DNA of 52,110 nt from Bacteroidales bacterium (GCA_041686485.1 JAWLDT010000012.1:1-52110); one strand, 5' to 3'. Positions 19,727 to 29,208 are shown, numbered from the stretch's first letter. Translations and numbers: made by a program. The notes: generated by a model from the sequence alone, not told the origin.

Positions 19727-22700
19727 TTATGGCGTAACCTGTTTGGCTCCCTCCAAAATAATCAGCATGGCAGCTGCCTCCCAAAGGCTTACCTCTTTCG
19801 CGTTTTCATTTAAAAAGTGTACATCCCGGATATGGAAATCCTTCTTGTCCAGTGTTGCGATGGCATCTTTTGTTTCAAAGGTGTACGTGTCTAACTTCTC
19901 CGAAAGGGTGAAGAGTTCTCCGGCCTTTTTCCCTATAAGGTTATTTGCCTTATTCAGACGGGAAAGGTAATACCCTTCATCTGAAGCATAAAACGATTCA
20001 ATACTGAGATGAAGAGAGGGCTTCTCTTTATAGGGGGCGCTTTCGGTCGGGCAGAAGGTGTGACAATTTCCACAAGCGTTGCAGAAGTTGGCGATATTTA
20101 GTATCTGTGTCGTTTGTGTTACAGTAAAATGGTCATCATCCGAGATGCTGACGCCTTTTTCTTTCGATTTTGTTGCTTTTTGCAGCAAAATATTCAGTGG
20201 TTCGATGGTGTAGGCGTAGTTTGCCAGGTTTGGGCAAACGGTTACACAACTGTTGCAGAGCTCATCGCATTGCAGGCATCGCCGGGCTTCGTTGACAATT
20301 GCCTCTTCCCCGGCCGGGTGCTGAACCAGTTTAAAGTTTTTCCTGTCATGGAGGGGTAATTCCTCCAGGACCGGCGCAAATTCCCTTCGGGCTCTCTGCA
20401 GCATGATCTCTTCATGGCTGGGAGGGTTCGTTTTTGGCAATGTGGGTATACCATGTTGTACCCCGGCTGCCTGAAGTATTTCCTGAGCGGCTTTTCTGCC
20501 GTCACCAATGGCATTGATCGCCGTGGAAGCGCCCCGCATCAGGTCTCCGCCGATAAACACATTCTCCGCTTTTACCAGATAGCTGTTATTGCCTGTCTCC
20601 AGGTTGTCCGCTGTCAGGAAGTCCACATCCACCACTTGTCCGACAGCCGGAATGATGGTATCGCATGCAATACTGAACTCGCTTTTCTCTTTTCTTACCG
20701 GTTTCGGCCTTCCGGAATCGTCTTCCGCCTTCAGCTCCATGCATGTGCACTGAAGGGCTGTTACTTTTCCATCTTCTGTCTCGATTTTTTCGGGGCCTGT
20801 TTTTTGCAGGAACCTGACACCTTCCATGATAGCTGCTTCTATCTCTCCCTGGTCAGCCGGCATTTCGTAGATGGTGCGGCGGTAAACGATTGTAACGCGC
20901 CCACACTCTTCAACCAGGCGGTTGGCCGTTCTGGCTGCATCCATAGCTGTGTTGCCGCCACCGATGATGACGACATGTCTGCCGACCTTTACAGGTTCGC
21001 CTGCCCGGACGCGGAACAGGAAGTCCAGCGGATCCATAACCCCTTTTGCATTTTTCCCCTCAACAGGCAATGGCGCTGACAAAGGGGCTCCTGCACCGAC
21101 AAAGATATGGTCGGATGTTTCGCGTAGTTTTTGAAACAGTGCTTTATCCACTTTGGTATCGAAATGAATGCGAACACCAAGAGATTCAATACGTTGCAGG
21201 TCTTTATCGATGGCCTCATCCGTGAGGCGAAATCCGGGTATCGCATACCGTATCATACCCCCGGCTTTGGAGGTACTTTCATATACATCAACCGGGCAAC
21301 CTGAAAGTGCAAGGAAATAAGCGCATGATAAGCCGGCCGGACCTGCACCGATGATGGATACGTGATTGTTATTCGAAGGTGCCGGGCTAAGCTCCGGCTC
21401 ATCCTGGCCGGATATGAAGCGTTTAACCTCACGGATCAGCAGGGGGTCATCATAATGAACCCGGGTACACTTATCCTGGCATAAGTGATCGCATATCATA
21501 CCCGTAACGGCCGGGAATGGGTTGGTGCGCAGAATCGTTTCATGTGCTTTTTGGTAGTCCTTCTCGGCTGTAAAGTGCATGTATTCAGGGATATCCTGGT
21601 TTGTTGCACAAGTTTCGCGGCATGGGGCAGCGATGCAGTCAAAATAGCCCAACGGTCTTTTGGTCTTTATGTCCGGCGGGATCAGGTACTTTCTTTTATA
21701 GGCCGGATCGTTCAGCACTTGATCTGCATAACGTTTCAGGTTGTTAAGGGCTGCTTTATCGGCATTCTCGTTGTCAACCCCATCCTTTTTGGCCTCTGCA
21801 ACAATCAGTCCGGCAATCGTTTCAGCACCGGAGGTATGTATATCCCGGGCTATTTGTTCCAGGTACTGCGGCAACCTCATCATGCCGCCGGGTTTAAGCA
21901 GGTCGGTGCAGGTAGTGACGGTTTTAAACCCCGATGCAAGCAATTTGCTGCTGTTGAACGCATCCGCTCCCCCGGAAAAGGATAGCGCCAGCCTGCCATC
22001 AAAATGATCCTGAAGCATGGCGGCAAGATTCACAGCCAGAGGATGCAGCGCCCGTCCGCTCATATACATGCTCTCAATGCTTTCACTAAAAAATGTTTTG
22101 TGGTTAACAGATTCCAGCGTATTGGTCATCTTTAAGCCAAACTCCAGTCCTTTCTGATCAGCGATTCCCAGCAGGTTTTCGATTATACCCAATGCATCAT
22201 CGTACTGCAGATCGTGTGCAAAAGCCTGATCCGATACAGTGGTCGTAAATCCCAGTTTGTCATTTAATATGAAGCGTAGTTTTTCGGATCCGAGAAGCGT
22301 GGGGTTAAGTTTTACATAGGTATGAAGCCCCTTTTCTTTCATGAGATAGCCGGCAATATCTTCTATCTCGCCTGCGGGACAACCATGCATGGTTGACAGC
22401 GTCACATTGTTGGAGAGTTTCGCCGGTATGTCTATCTTGTCAATGTCCGGACAGATCTTGCGTACCTGGTTGATTTTTTCCTGCAGGGTGTCTGAGCAAT
22501 CTTCCATCTGACTGAGAAACCATTGAACCTTCTCATTCAGAATGCCTTCCATGTCATAGCCTACACTGATATTGAAAAGCACGCCAGGGTCTGACACACG
22601 CCCGAAACGATGATTCAGGATGTGAATGATGATCCACGCATGCAGGTATTCTTCAAAGCTTTGCCGGATGTTTAATTCCTGTGACCATTCGCAGTTGTAT

Positions 22701-23035
22701 CCTTCATCTTCCATGTCGATACATGGCTTGTCAATATCCAGTTCATCCAGGTGCTGAACAGTTTTTAATTCAATATAGCGGGCACCCAGCAGCCAGGCGG
22801 CTACAATATTCTGGGCCATTTGGCTGTGCGGACCGGCAGCTATACCCAAAGGCGTTTGTATGGGTTTTCCGAATACCGTTGCAGTCAACAAATCGGTATT
22901 GACCTTGCTTTTTTGCCCGGAAGGATTAAAAAACAAGGAGGACGGAATACCAAAATAACTATCTTTATTGTCGAGCTCGTTGAAAATAAGCTTCAACAGT
23001 TTGTTTAAAGGGATTGGGATCAGATGCTCAGACAT
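19727..23035 (-). CDS. ygfK: YgfK-like multidomain FeS/flavin oxidoreductase
   Basis: 1102 aa. N-terminal DHODH/DPD-like barrel, IIGAGPAGLSCAYFLA and VVIIGGGNTAMDAART dinucleotide folds (GltD-like), C-terminal CLQCDELCNSCVTVCP and CNACGNCHTFCP 4Fe-4S motifs. Confidence 0.85.
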   Translation of the reverse strand: MSEHLIPIPLNKLLKLIFNELDNKDSYFGIPSSLFFNPSGQKSKVNTDLLTATVFGKPIQTPLGIAAGPHSQMAQNIVAAWLLGARYIELKTVQHLDELDIDKPCIDMEDEGYNCEWSQELNIRQSFEEYLHAWIIIHILNHRFGRVSDPGVLFNISVGYDMEGILNEKVQWFLSQMEDCSDTLQEKINQVRKICPDIDKIDIPAKLSNNVTLSTMHGCPAGEIEDIAGYLMKEKGLHTYVKLNPTLLGSEKLRFILNDKLGFTTTVSDQAFAHDLQYDDALGIIENLLGIADQKGLEFGLKMTNTLESVNHKTFFSESIESMYMSGRALHPLAVNLAAMLQDHFDGRLALSFSGGADAFNSSKLLASGFKTVTTCTDLLKPGGMMRLPQYLEQIARDIHTSGAETIAGLIVAEAKKDGVDNENADKAALNNLKRYADQVLNDPAYKRKYLIPPDIKTKRPLGYFDCIAAPCRETCATNQDIPEYMHFTAEKDYQKAHETILRTNPFPAVTGMICDHLCQDKCTRVHYDDPLLIREVKRFISGQDEPELSPAPSNNNHVSIIGAGPAGLSCAYFLALSGCPVDVYESTSKAGGMIRYAIPGFRLTDEAIDKDLQRIESLGVRIHFDTKVDKALFQKLRETSDHIFVGAGAPLSAPLPVEGKNAKGVMDPLDFLFRVRAGEPVKVGRHVVIIGGGNTAMDAARTANRLVEECGRVTIVYRRTIYEMPADQGEIEAAIMEGVRFLQKTGPEKIETEDGKVTALQCTCMELKAEDDSGRPKPVRKEKSEFSIACDTIIPAVGQVVDVDFLTADNLETGNNSYLVKAENVFIGGDLMRGASTAINAIGDGRKAAQEILQAAGVQHGIPTLPKTNPPSHEEIMLQRARREFAPVLEELPLHDRKNFKLVQHPAGEEAIVNEARRCLQCDELCNSCVTVCPNLANYAYTIEPLNILLQKATKSKEKGVSISDDDHFTVTQTTQILNIANFCNACGNCHTFCPTESAPYKEKPSLHLSIESFYASDEGYYLSRLNKANNLIGKKAGELFTLSEKLDTYTFETKDAIATLDKKDFHIRDVHFLNENAKEVSLWEAAAMLIILEGAKQVTP

Positions 23036-23148
23036 AGCTGGTTGTTTATTTGGAAATACCGGAACTGTAGTGACATCAGGTCATTGCCTGACCGGGCAAT
23101 GATAGAAATGGCAGTTACAACTTAACAAAATTAGAAAATGTTTTTCAA

Positions 23149-23796
23149 ATGGCGGGAAAAGCTTTTTCGGCGATTATTTTAGCCGCTGGCAAATCTGAAC
23201 GAATGGGCCGGCAGAAGTTATTGCTTCCTTTCGATGCAAGCCAGACTTTTGTTGAGCGATGTGTTGAGGTCTTTGCTGCGTTTGGGTGTGCTGAGATCAT
23301 CGTAGTCGTGAACGAGCATGGCCTGAATAATATAGGCAGCATTTTACCGAAATGGCTGGCGAATATGAAAGTCGTTACCAATCACACACCTGGGAAAGGC
23401 CGTTTCGTTTCTTTACAGAAAGGGTTATTCGCATTAGAGCAACGCTGTCCGGTTTTTCTGCACAATGTTGACAGCCCGTTTGTTACCTGTGAAACATTGA
23501 AGCTGCTGACGCAGCATGCAGGTAAAGCCGATTATGTTCGTCCGGTTTATCATGGCGAATACGGACACCCTGTCCTGGTGTCACCCCATATTGTTCATGA
23601 CTTGCTCTCCGAGGAGTCTGGTGACATCCATGTTCGAAAGTATCTTTCGAAGTATTCCCAATATTTTGTGGAGGTGGACAATCAGCTGATCCTGGCCAAT
23701 ATCAATACCCCTGATGATTATCACCATTATTTTTCGGGGTACAGGCGCAGCAATACCTTCTCGGGTGTCAGGGGCGCATCCGAGTCAGGTTTGTGA
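23149..23796 (+). CDS. mocA: molybdenum cofactor cytidylyltransferase (MocA family)
   Basis: AIILAAGKSERMG nucleotidyltransferase motif and NINTPDDY near the C-terminus. Divergent from ygfK. The last 70 nt overlap the xdhB 3' end convergently. Confidence 0.8.
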   Translation: MAGKAFSAIILAAGKSERMGRQKLLLPFDASQTFVERCVEVFAAFGCAEIIVVVNEHGLNNIGSILPKWLANMKVVTNHTPGKGRFVSLQKGLFALEQRCPVFLHNVDSPFVTCETLKLLTQHAGKADYVRPVYHGEYGHPVLVSPHIVHDLLSEESGDIHVRKYLSKYSQYFVEVDNQLILANINTPDDYHHYFSGYRRSNTFSGVRGASESGL

Positions 23797-25982
23797 TACG
23801 GGTTAAATGCCCGGATGGCATTATGCAGGGCAAAATAACCTCCGATACCATACATAAAGGGTGGTTCCCCGATGGCTTTGGAGCGCATGATTGCCGGTTT
23901 TGGCCCTTTTGCGGGCAGCGGAATACATGAAATGGTATCCGGCGTAAAATAAATATCAGGCACCTTGTAGGTAGACAAACTGTCTGAAAGAAGCTTCCCT
24001 TCCTTATTGTAGGCTACCTCTTCGAGCGTCATCCATGAAAGTCCCTGTGCAAGAGCCCCCTCAAGCTGTCCGGTGTCGATATCGGTATTCATGCTGTTAC
24101 CAAAATCGTGTACGATCAAAACCTTCTCAAAATGGTAATACCCCCTCAGGCAGTCGAGCTTAACAACGATCAGGGCCGTACCGTATACGTGGTAGGCAAA
24201 AGGGTGTCCTCTGGCTGTCTGGTTGTCAAAATGAACTTTTGGGGTGGCGTAGTGTCCGTTTTCTGTCAGGCTGACCCTTTGTTGATGGGTTTTGGCAACC
24301 AGCTCCGTCCATGAAAGCTGAACAGGTTTTCCGTTCACCAGGACCCGCTCATTTTCCAGCGTGATTTGTTTGATACTGGTATCCAGCAAGTCTGCAGCTA
24401 CCTGTCTGAGCCTGTTTTTAAGCTCGCGGCAGGCGATCCGGGCAGCATTCCCGTTCAGGTCTGCGCCGGAGCTGGCGGCGGTGGGGGAGGTGTTGCTGAC
24501 ACGGGTGGTATTCGTTGTTTCCAGTTTTACACGGTCGTGACCGATGGCGAGTGTGTCAGCCACGACCTGCAAGATCTTTGTGTTCACTCCCTGACCCATT
24601 TCCACTGCACCTGTGCTGACGCCCACGCTGCCATCCTGATAGATATGAACAAGCGCCCGGGCCTGGTTCATTTGTTTGTTGGTGAAAGAGATGCCAAAGC
24701 AGATTGGCATCATCGCCATGCCTTTCTTGAAAAGGCTGTTCTGCTCATTGAATGCCTGTACCTCTCCGGCGATTTTTTCAATGCCAAATGACTTATCGGC
24801 CAGCTTATAACACTTCCCGATGTTTACATCTTTAGCCTGCTGTCCGTATTGAAAATAATCCCCTTCCTTCAGGAAGTTTGCCCGCTGAATATCCCTTGCC
24901 GGCATGTTCAGTTCTCCGGCGGCCTTTGCGATGGCCGATTCGATGATGAACATCCCCTGGGGGCCGCCAAAACCGCGGAAGGCTGTGTTGGGCGGCAGGT
25001 GCGTTTTGCAGCTGTAGGCTGTTACCTTTGTGTTGGGAATGTAATAGCAGTTGGTGGAGTGGAACAGGCTGCGCGCCAGGATAGCCGGAGACAGGTCAGC
25101 TGCAGCTCCCCCGTTTTGGTAAAAGCTGGCCTGATAGGCAATGATTTTCAGGTTTTTATCCAGCCCGATTTTATAGTCGGCGCTATAGGGATGGCGTTTC
25201 CCGGTCATCTTCATGTCATCCAGACGGTGCAGGATGATCTTAACAGGCCGTTCCAGATGATACGTCGCCAGCGATGCCATGCAGGCATAGGCTGTGGCCT
25301 GGTCTTCCTTACCGCCAAATCCGCCACCCAGGCGGGTAACATCCACCTCAAAACGGTGCATGGGTAAGCCCAATACGCGTGCGGCTGTTTTTTGCACATG
25401 GGTAGGTCCTTGCGTGGAGGATAGTATCTTTATGCTGCCGTTCTCCTTTAATCCGGCATAGCTGCCCTGGGTCTCAATATACAGATGCTCCTGTGCTCCC
25501 GACTCAGTTTTCCCTTCGATGATATGATCGCATTGCGACCAGGCCTGCTCAATATCGCCAGTTTGGAAAGTCGACGGACTGATCAGGAACATGCCTTTTG
25601 CAAAAGCCTCCCTGGCATCTGTGACCGGGTCATATGCTTCGATATCCACCTGGATTTTTGCGGCCGCTCTGCGTGCTGTATGCTCGTCTTCTGCCACTAC
25701 CAGGGCAATTGGCTGCCCCTGGAAACTCACCAGGTCATCAGCAAACAGGACTTCGTCACCCACAATGCCGCCGATTTGGTTTTCGCCCGGGATATCGCTT
25801 GCTGTAAAGACTGCCTTCACCCCGGCCGTGGCAGTTGCTCCGGATGTGTCCAGCCTGTTTATACGGCCATGGGCAACCGGGGAGGAAAATACGGCGCCGA
25901 AGAGTGTTCCTTCAAGTACGGGAACATCATCAACGTAAATGGAACGACCGGTAACATGGGCTATGGAATCAATATTTTTCAT
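23727..25982 (-). CDS. xdhB: xanthine dehydrogenase molybdopterin-binding subunit
   Basis: 751 aa. GGGFGGKED, AFRGFGGPQG and KAIGEPPF (catalytic Glu region) motifs. ATGA overlap with the xdhA stop. Confidence 0.9.
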   Translation of the reverse strand: MKNIDSIAHVTGRSIYVDDVPVLEGTLFGAVFSSPVAHGRINRLDTSGATATAGVKAVFTASDIPGENQIGGIVGDEVLFADDLVSFQGQPIALVVAEDEHTARRAAAKIQVDIEAYDPVTDAREAFAKGMFLISPSTFQTGDIEQAWSQCDHIIEGKTESGAQEHLYIETQGSYAGLKENGSIKILSSTQGPTHVQKTAARVLGLPMHRFEVDVTRLGGGFGGKEDQATAYACMASLATYHLERPVKIILHRLDDMKMTGKRHPYSADYKIGLDKNLKIIAYQASFYQNGGAAADLSPAILARSLFHSTNCYYIPNTKVTAYSCKTHLPPNTAFRGFGGPQGMFIIESAIAKAAGELNMPARDIQRANFLKEGDYFQYGQQAKDVNIGKCYKLADKSFGIEKIAGEVQAFNEQNSLFKKGMAMMPICFGISFTNKQMNQARALVHIYQDGSVGVSTGAVEMGQGVNTKILQVVADTLAIGHDRVKLETTNTTRVSNTSPTAASSGADLNGNAARIACRELKNRLRQVAADLLDTSIKQITLENERVLVNGKPVQLSWTELVAKTHQQRVSLTENGHYATPKVHFDNQTARGHPFAYHVYGTALIVVKLDCLRGYYHFEKVLIVHDFGNSMNTDIDTGQLEGALAQGLSWMTLEEVAYNKEGKLLSDSLSTYKVPDIYFTPDTISCIPLPAKGPKPAIMRSKAIGEPPFMYGIGGYFALHNAIRAFNPYHKPDSDAPLTPEKVLLRLYPEK

Positions 25983-27418
25983 AACTGTTTCTGACTTTTT
26001 TGAGCAGGATGCTTCAATAGTGCGTCTTCATCAATCTGTTTGGGGAACAATGTCAGGAAGTGCGCGTACAACAGTTGCCGGGCGAGCAGCTTTTTATACT
26101 CTTTGCTGCCTCTGATGTCTGAAATAGGGGATATTTCCTGCATCAACAGCTTGCCGGCTTCCCTGACCGTTTCCGTATTGGGCTTGCGGCCAGTCAGGAA
26201 GCGGCCGGTCTGATGCAGGTATTTCGGAACAGGAGCTACACCGCCGAGCGAGAGATGCGCCCGTGTGATCTTGTCGTGATCCAGCTCCAGCGAGATGGCG
26301 CTGTTCACACTGGCAATGTCGAGGGTGTTGCGTTTACTGACCTTCTCAAAATTAAAAAAGCTGTTATTCCCGGGCAGCTGAAAGGACAGCTCGAAGATAA
26401 TTTCACCCGGCCGGAGGTCGAGCTTCTTATAATCAAGGAAGAACGATTTGAGATCAACTTCACGTTCGTCCTCATCTTTTAGGTTTTTTAGCTTTAATCT
26501 GGCATTCAGGGCCAGGAAGAAGACCACCAGGTCAGCGATGGGGGAGGCATTGCCAATATTGCCTCCCAGGGTCCCCATATTCCGGATGGGTTCTGATGAT
26601 ATCAGTTTAAAGTATTTTTTCAGATGGGGAAAACAGGTATTCATGATGTCCGACTCCATGATGTCGGTGGCGGTGGTACCGGCACCGACGATGCAATGGC
26701 CATCCCTGGTGATGATGCCTTTGAGCTCCTGCCGGTCAAATAGCAGGACAGGGTCCGTTTCTGCTGCCTCTTCCGGATGTTGCACCATGAGGTCGGTACC
26801 TCCGGCTACCATCATAGGACTGTCGGCTTGCTTGCTATCTGTAGGCTGAAGCTCAGAAAGACGTCCGGGGATACCGGTGAAGTAAGCGGGGAGGTAACCC
26901 TGTTCCACCAGCCAGCCTATCGGGTCGTCCGTGTCTTTGTGTTCCAGCATGACAGATACTGTTTTGGCTGCATCCCTGATGGACCGGTAGCCCGTGCAGC
27001 GGCATATATTGCCATTCATGGAATCAATGGCTTTTTCAAGGCTGGAGGGTTTGTTCTCCATGGTATGTCCGGTGAGGGACACGATAAACCCCGGCGTGCA
27101 AAAGCCGCATTGGGTGCCCCCATGGTCGACGAAAGCCTTTTGTGCCGGGTTGAGACGGCTGCTGTTCAGACCTTCAATGGTGACGATATGTTTTCCGGCC
27201 GCGTTTCCCAGTGGTGTCAGACAGGAGACGATGGTCTGGTACTCCATCTTGTTGCCCACCAGTCTTCCTTCGAGAACCGTGCAAGCGCCGCAGTCTCCTT
27301 CGCGGCAGCCGATCTTGGTGCCGGTCAGGCGCTCCCCGTAACGGATAAAGTCGAGCAATGTGGTGCCTGACCTGGCTTGGGTGCTTATGGTTTGGTTGTT
27401 AAGGATAAATGAGGTCAT
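25979..27418 (-). CDS. xdhA: xanthine dehydrogenase small subunit (2x[2Fe-2S] + FAD-binding domain)
   Basis: 479 aa. CREGDCGACTV, CGFCTPGF, CRCTGY, then FAD-binding GGTDLMV and GTLGGNIGNASP motifs. Confidence 0.9.
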   Translation of the reverse strand: MTSFILNNQTISTQARSGTTLLDFIRYGERLTGTKIGCREGDCGACTVLEGRLVGNKMEYQTIVSCLTPLGNAAGKHIVTIEGLNSSRLNPAQKAFVDHGGTQCGFCTPGFIVSLTGHTMENKPSSLEKAIDSMNGNICRCTGYRSIRDAAKTVSVMLEHKDTDDPIGWLVEQGYLPAYFTGIPGRLSELQPTDSKQADSPMMVAGGTDLMVQHPEEAAETDPVLLFDRQELKGIITRDGHCIVGAGTTATDIMESDIMNTCFPHLKKYFKLISSEPIRNMGTLGGNIGNASPIADLVVFFLALNARLKLKNLKDEDEREVDLKSFFLDYKKLDLRPGEIIFELSFQLPGNNSFFNFEKVSKRNTLDIASVNSAISLELDHDKITRAHLSLGGVAPVPKYLHQTGRFLTGRKPNTETVREAGKLLMQEISPISDIRGSKEYKKLLARQLLYAHFLTLFPKQIDEDALLKHPAQKSQKQL

Positions 27419-27741
27419 GAATATCCTTTGTGTTTATTACTAAGGTTTTACATTAAATTAAAGCGATGAAAACGATCGTAAAAGTAAAAAATAGCACGGT
27501 AATTTGTTTGCTATACTGCTATATAGCGCATTAGCCATGTCTGTTAAAAAGATTTTTCCATGCTGCACGGTAAAGATATCAAAAAGATTTCGGAATAAAA
27601 ACCCGATTTTCCCTCCCCCCGTGGTTTGAATCGGATTTTATACTGAGTTTCACTACTTTTGCGTTATCAGTCACTTATATCCACTGAAGCCTAATACTGG
27701 TAAGGCTTGCAGGTTTTTTTGGGCTGTTTTTGATATCAGAA

Positions 27742-27857
27742 TTAAGAGGTTTTTCAAGAAGCTGACTAAGAAATACCCATCTCTAAAAACTGATTTGCAA
27801 TTGCTGGTTGAAAAGCTTTCAGAAAACCCGGAAACAGGTATTCCTTTGGGTAATTAA
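27742..27857 (+). pseudogene. 5'-internal fragment of a RelE/HigB-like toxin gene (no start codon, early stop)
   Basis: 27742-27851 matches 28164-28273 at 105/110 nt. It reads KRFFKKLTKKYPSLKTDLQLLVEKLSENPETGIPLGN then TAA. No in-frame ATG upstream. Confidence 0.75.
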
Positions 27858-27942
27858 AGTCAAAGCTAAAACAATGGATTTTTTGAAGCATTTTCGTTAT
27901 TTTTGTATTAAACAATCTTATACAGGATAAATAGTAAAGACA

Positions 27943-28143
27943 ATGAAACAATTGACCATAAATATCAGCGACAATAAATACCAAACATTTTTGGAGTTTA
28001 TAAAAACATTGGATTACGTGGAAGTACCGGAGGCCGATAAAGAATCATTGAGTGAACTGCAAAACAGCCTTAACCAGGTTAAAATGATGCAAGATGGTAA
28101 AATAGAAAAACAAAATGCACAAGATTTTATAGATGAGCTATAA
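27943..28143 (+). CDS. putative antitoxin (small acidic protein upstream of the toxin)
   Basis: 66-aa ORF overlapping the toxin start by 11 nt. Assignment rests on position only; no recognisable DNA-binding motif. Confidence 0.5.
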   Translation: MKQLTINISDNKYQTFLEFIKTLDYVEVPEADKESLSELQNSLNQVKMMQDGKIEKQNAQDFIDEL

Positions 28144-28468
28144 AGTTTATCCTACACCTGACTTTAAGAGGTTTTTCAAAAAGCTGCTTAAGAAATACCC
28201 ATCACTAAAACCTGATTTGCAATTGCTGGTTGAAAAGCTTTCAGAAAACCCGGAAACAGGTATTCCTTTGGGTTATGGTATTTACAAGATACGTTTGGCA
28301 ATCAGTTCGAAAGGTAAAGGAAAAGCTGGCGGCGCAAGGGTGATAACTTTTATAGTGTACAAAGAAAATGAAGTCTATCTTGTTTATATTTACGATAAAA
28401 ACCAACTGGAAAATATCACTAAAGAGCAAATTTTGAAAATGCTGCGACAAGCGGGGTTGATTGAGTAA
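28133..28468 (+). CDS. RelE/ParE-superfamily (HigB-like) type II toxin
   Basis: 111 aa. GKGKAGGARVITFIV core and YIYDKN motifs are typical of this addiction-module toxin family. Confidence 0.8.
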   Translation: MSYKVYPTPDFKRFFKKLLKKYPSLKPDLQLLVEKLSENPETGIPLGYGIYKIRLAISSKGKGKAGGARVITFIVYKENEVYLVYIYDKNQLENITKEQILKMLRQAGLIE

Positions 28469-28575
28469 AGCTTCTTATTACTTGTCATTTTTTCGTTACA
28501 TATAAAACTTACAGCAAGCTGGAAATTATTAATGTCCCCATACCCATCTATTGGCTAATCAGTATATATGCCCGG

Positions 28576-29004
28576 TTAATCCACTGCCTGTGCCTGCTGT
28601 TCCGGCAGATGCACATCCAGCTGCGGGAACGGAATACTGATGTCTTCATCAGCAAAGGCTTTATATACCTTCTCCCGGATCTCAAAGCTCAGCGGCCAGA
28701 AATCGACTGATTTAGCCCAGGCCCTGACGGAAATATCCACAGAGCTGTCATTCAATTCGGAGAGGAAGATCATGGGCTCCGGGTCTTTTAATACCCGTGG
28801 ATCATTCTCTAAAAACTTCCTGAGAACAACACTGACTAAAACTCCCAAAAAACCCCTGAGTGAAGGATCAACCTCGCGTTTTTCCATGAGATTATTAAGG
28901 ATATGGCTGATTTTCCTAACAATCCAGAAGCCCACGATGAGGATAATTATGGCTGCGATGAGTCGGAGGCCGTAATAGATAACAAAGACGCCAAGAGCTT
29001 CCAT
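28576..29004 (-). pseudogene. mechanosensitive channel MscS remnant with an in-frame internal deletion
   Basis: The N-terminal 60-odd aa match the MscS TM1/TM2 region (IILIVGFWIV...REVDPSLRGFLG). Residues from about 64 onward match the MscS C-terminal domain (RVLKDPEP...VRAWAKS...ISIPFPQLDVH). TM3 and the beta domain are absent. Confidence 0.7.
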
Positions 29005-29200
29005 AAGACTTTCGATATTGAACTGATTTGGAAATTTCCCATCGTTATACGTTGTTAGATTATAATGGCTTATAAAAGGTTTGGTTATCTGTGGACATGG
29101 ATTCGCATGTATAAATGTATAAAAATATTTTTTTGTGGCGATTATCTTTGGCTGGATACTTTATCTTATGATGAGCCCGATAGCGGTTTCAATATTTCGC

Positions 29201-29208
29201 TATATTTG
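29201..29208 (+). promoter_or_regulatory. Bacteroidota -7 box-like TATATTTG upstream of the SSF transporter
   Basis: Matches TAnnTTTG 60 nt upstream of the ATG at 29268. No clean -33 TTTG seen. Confidence 0.3.

Noticed and set aside
20114-23008. Plus-strand ORFs up to 221 aa inside ygfK
   Set aside because: They are antisense shadow ORFs of a 1102-aa multidomain CDS, and no motifs were recognised.
11730-27418. In-frame TGA (selenocysteine) recoding in the selenium-associated Mo-hydroxylase island
   Set aside because: All large ORFs are continuous and of expected family length. No pair of adjacent same-frame ORFs split by a single TGA was seen. Any selenium link would be through a labile cofactor and cannot be read from this window.
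27766-27984. 72-aa minus-strand ORF spanning the toxin fragment and the antitoxin start
   Set aside because: It runs antisense through a region explained by the duplicated toxin fragment and the antitoxin start, and shows no motifs.
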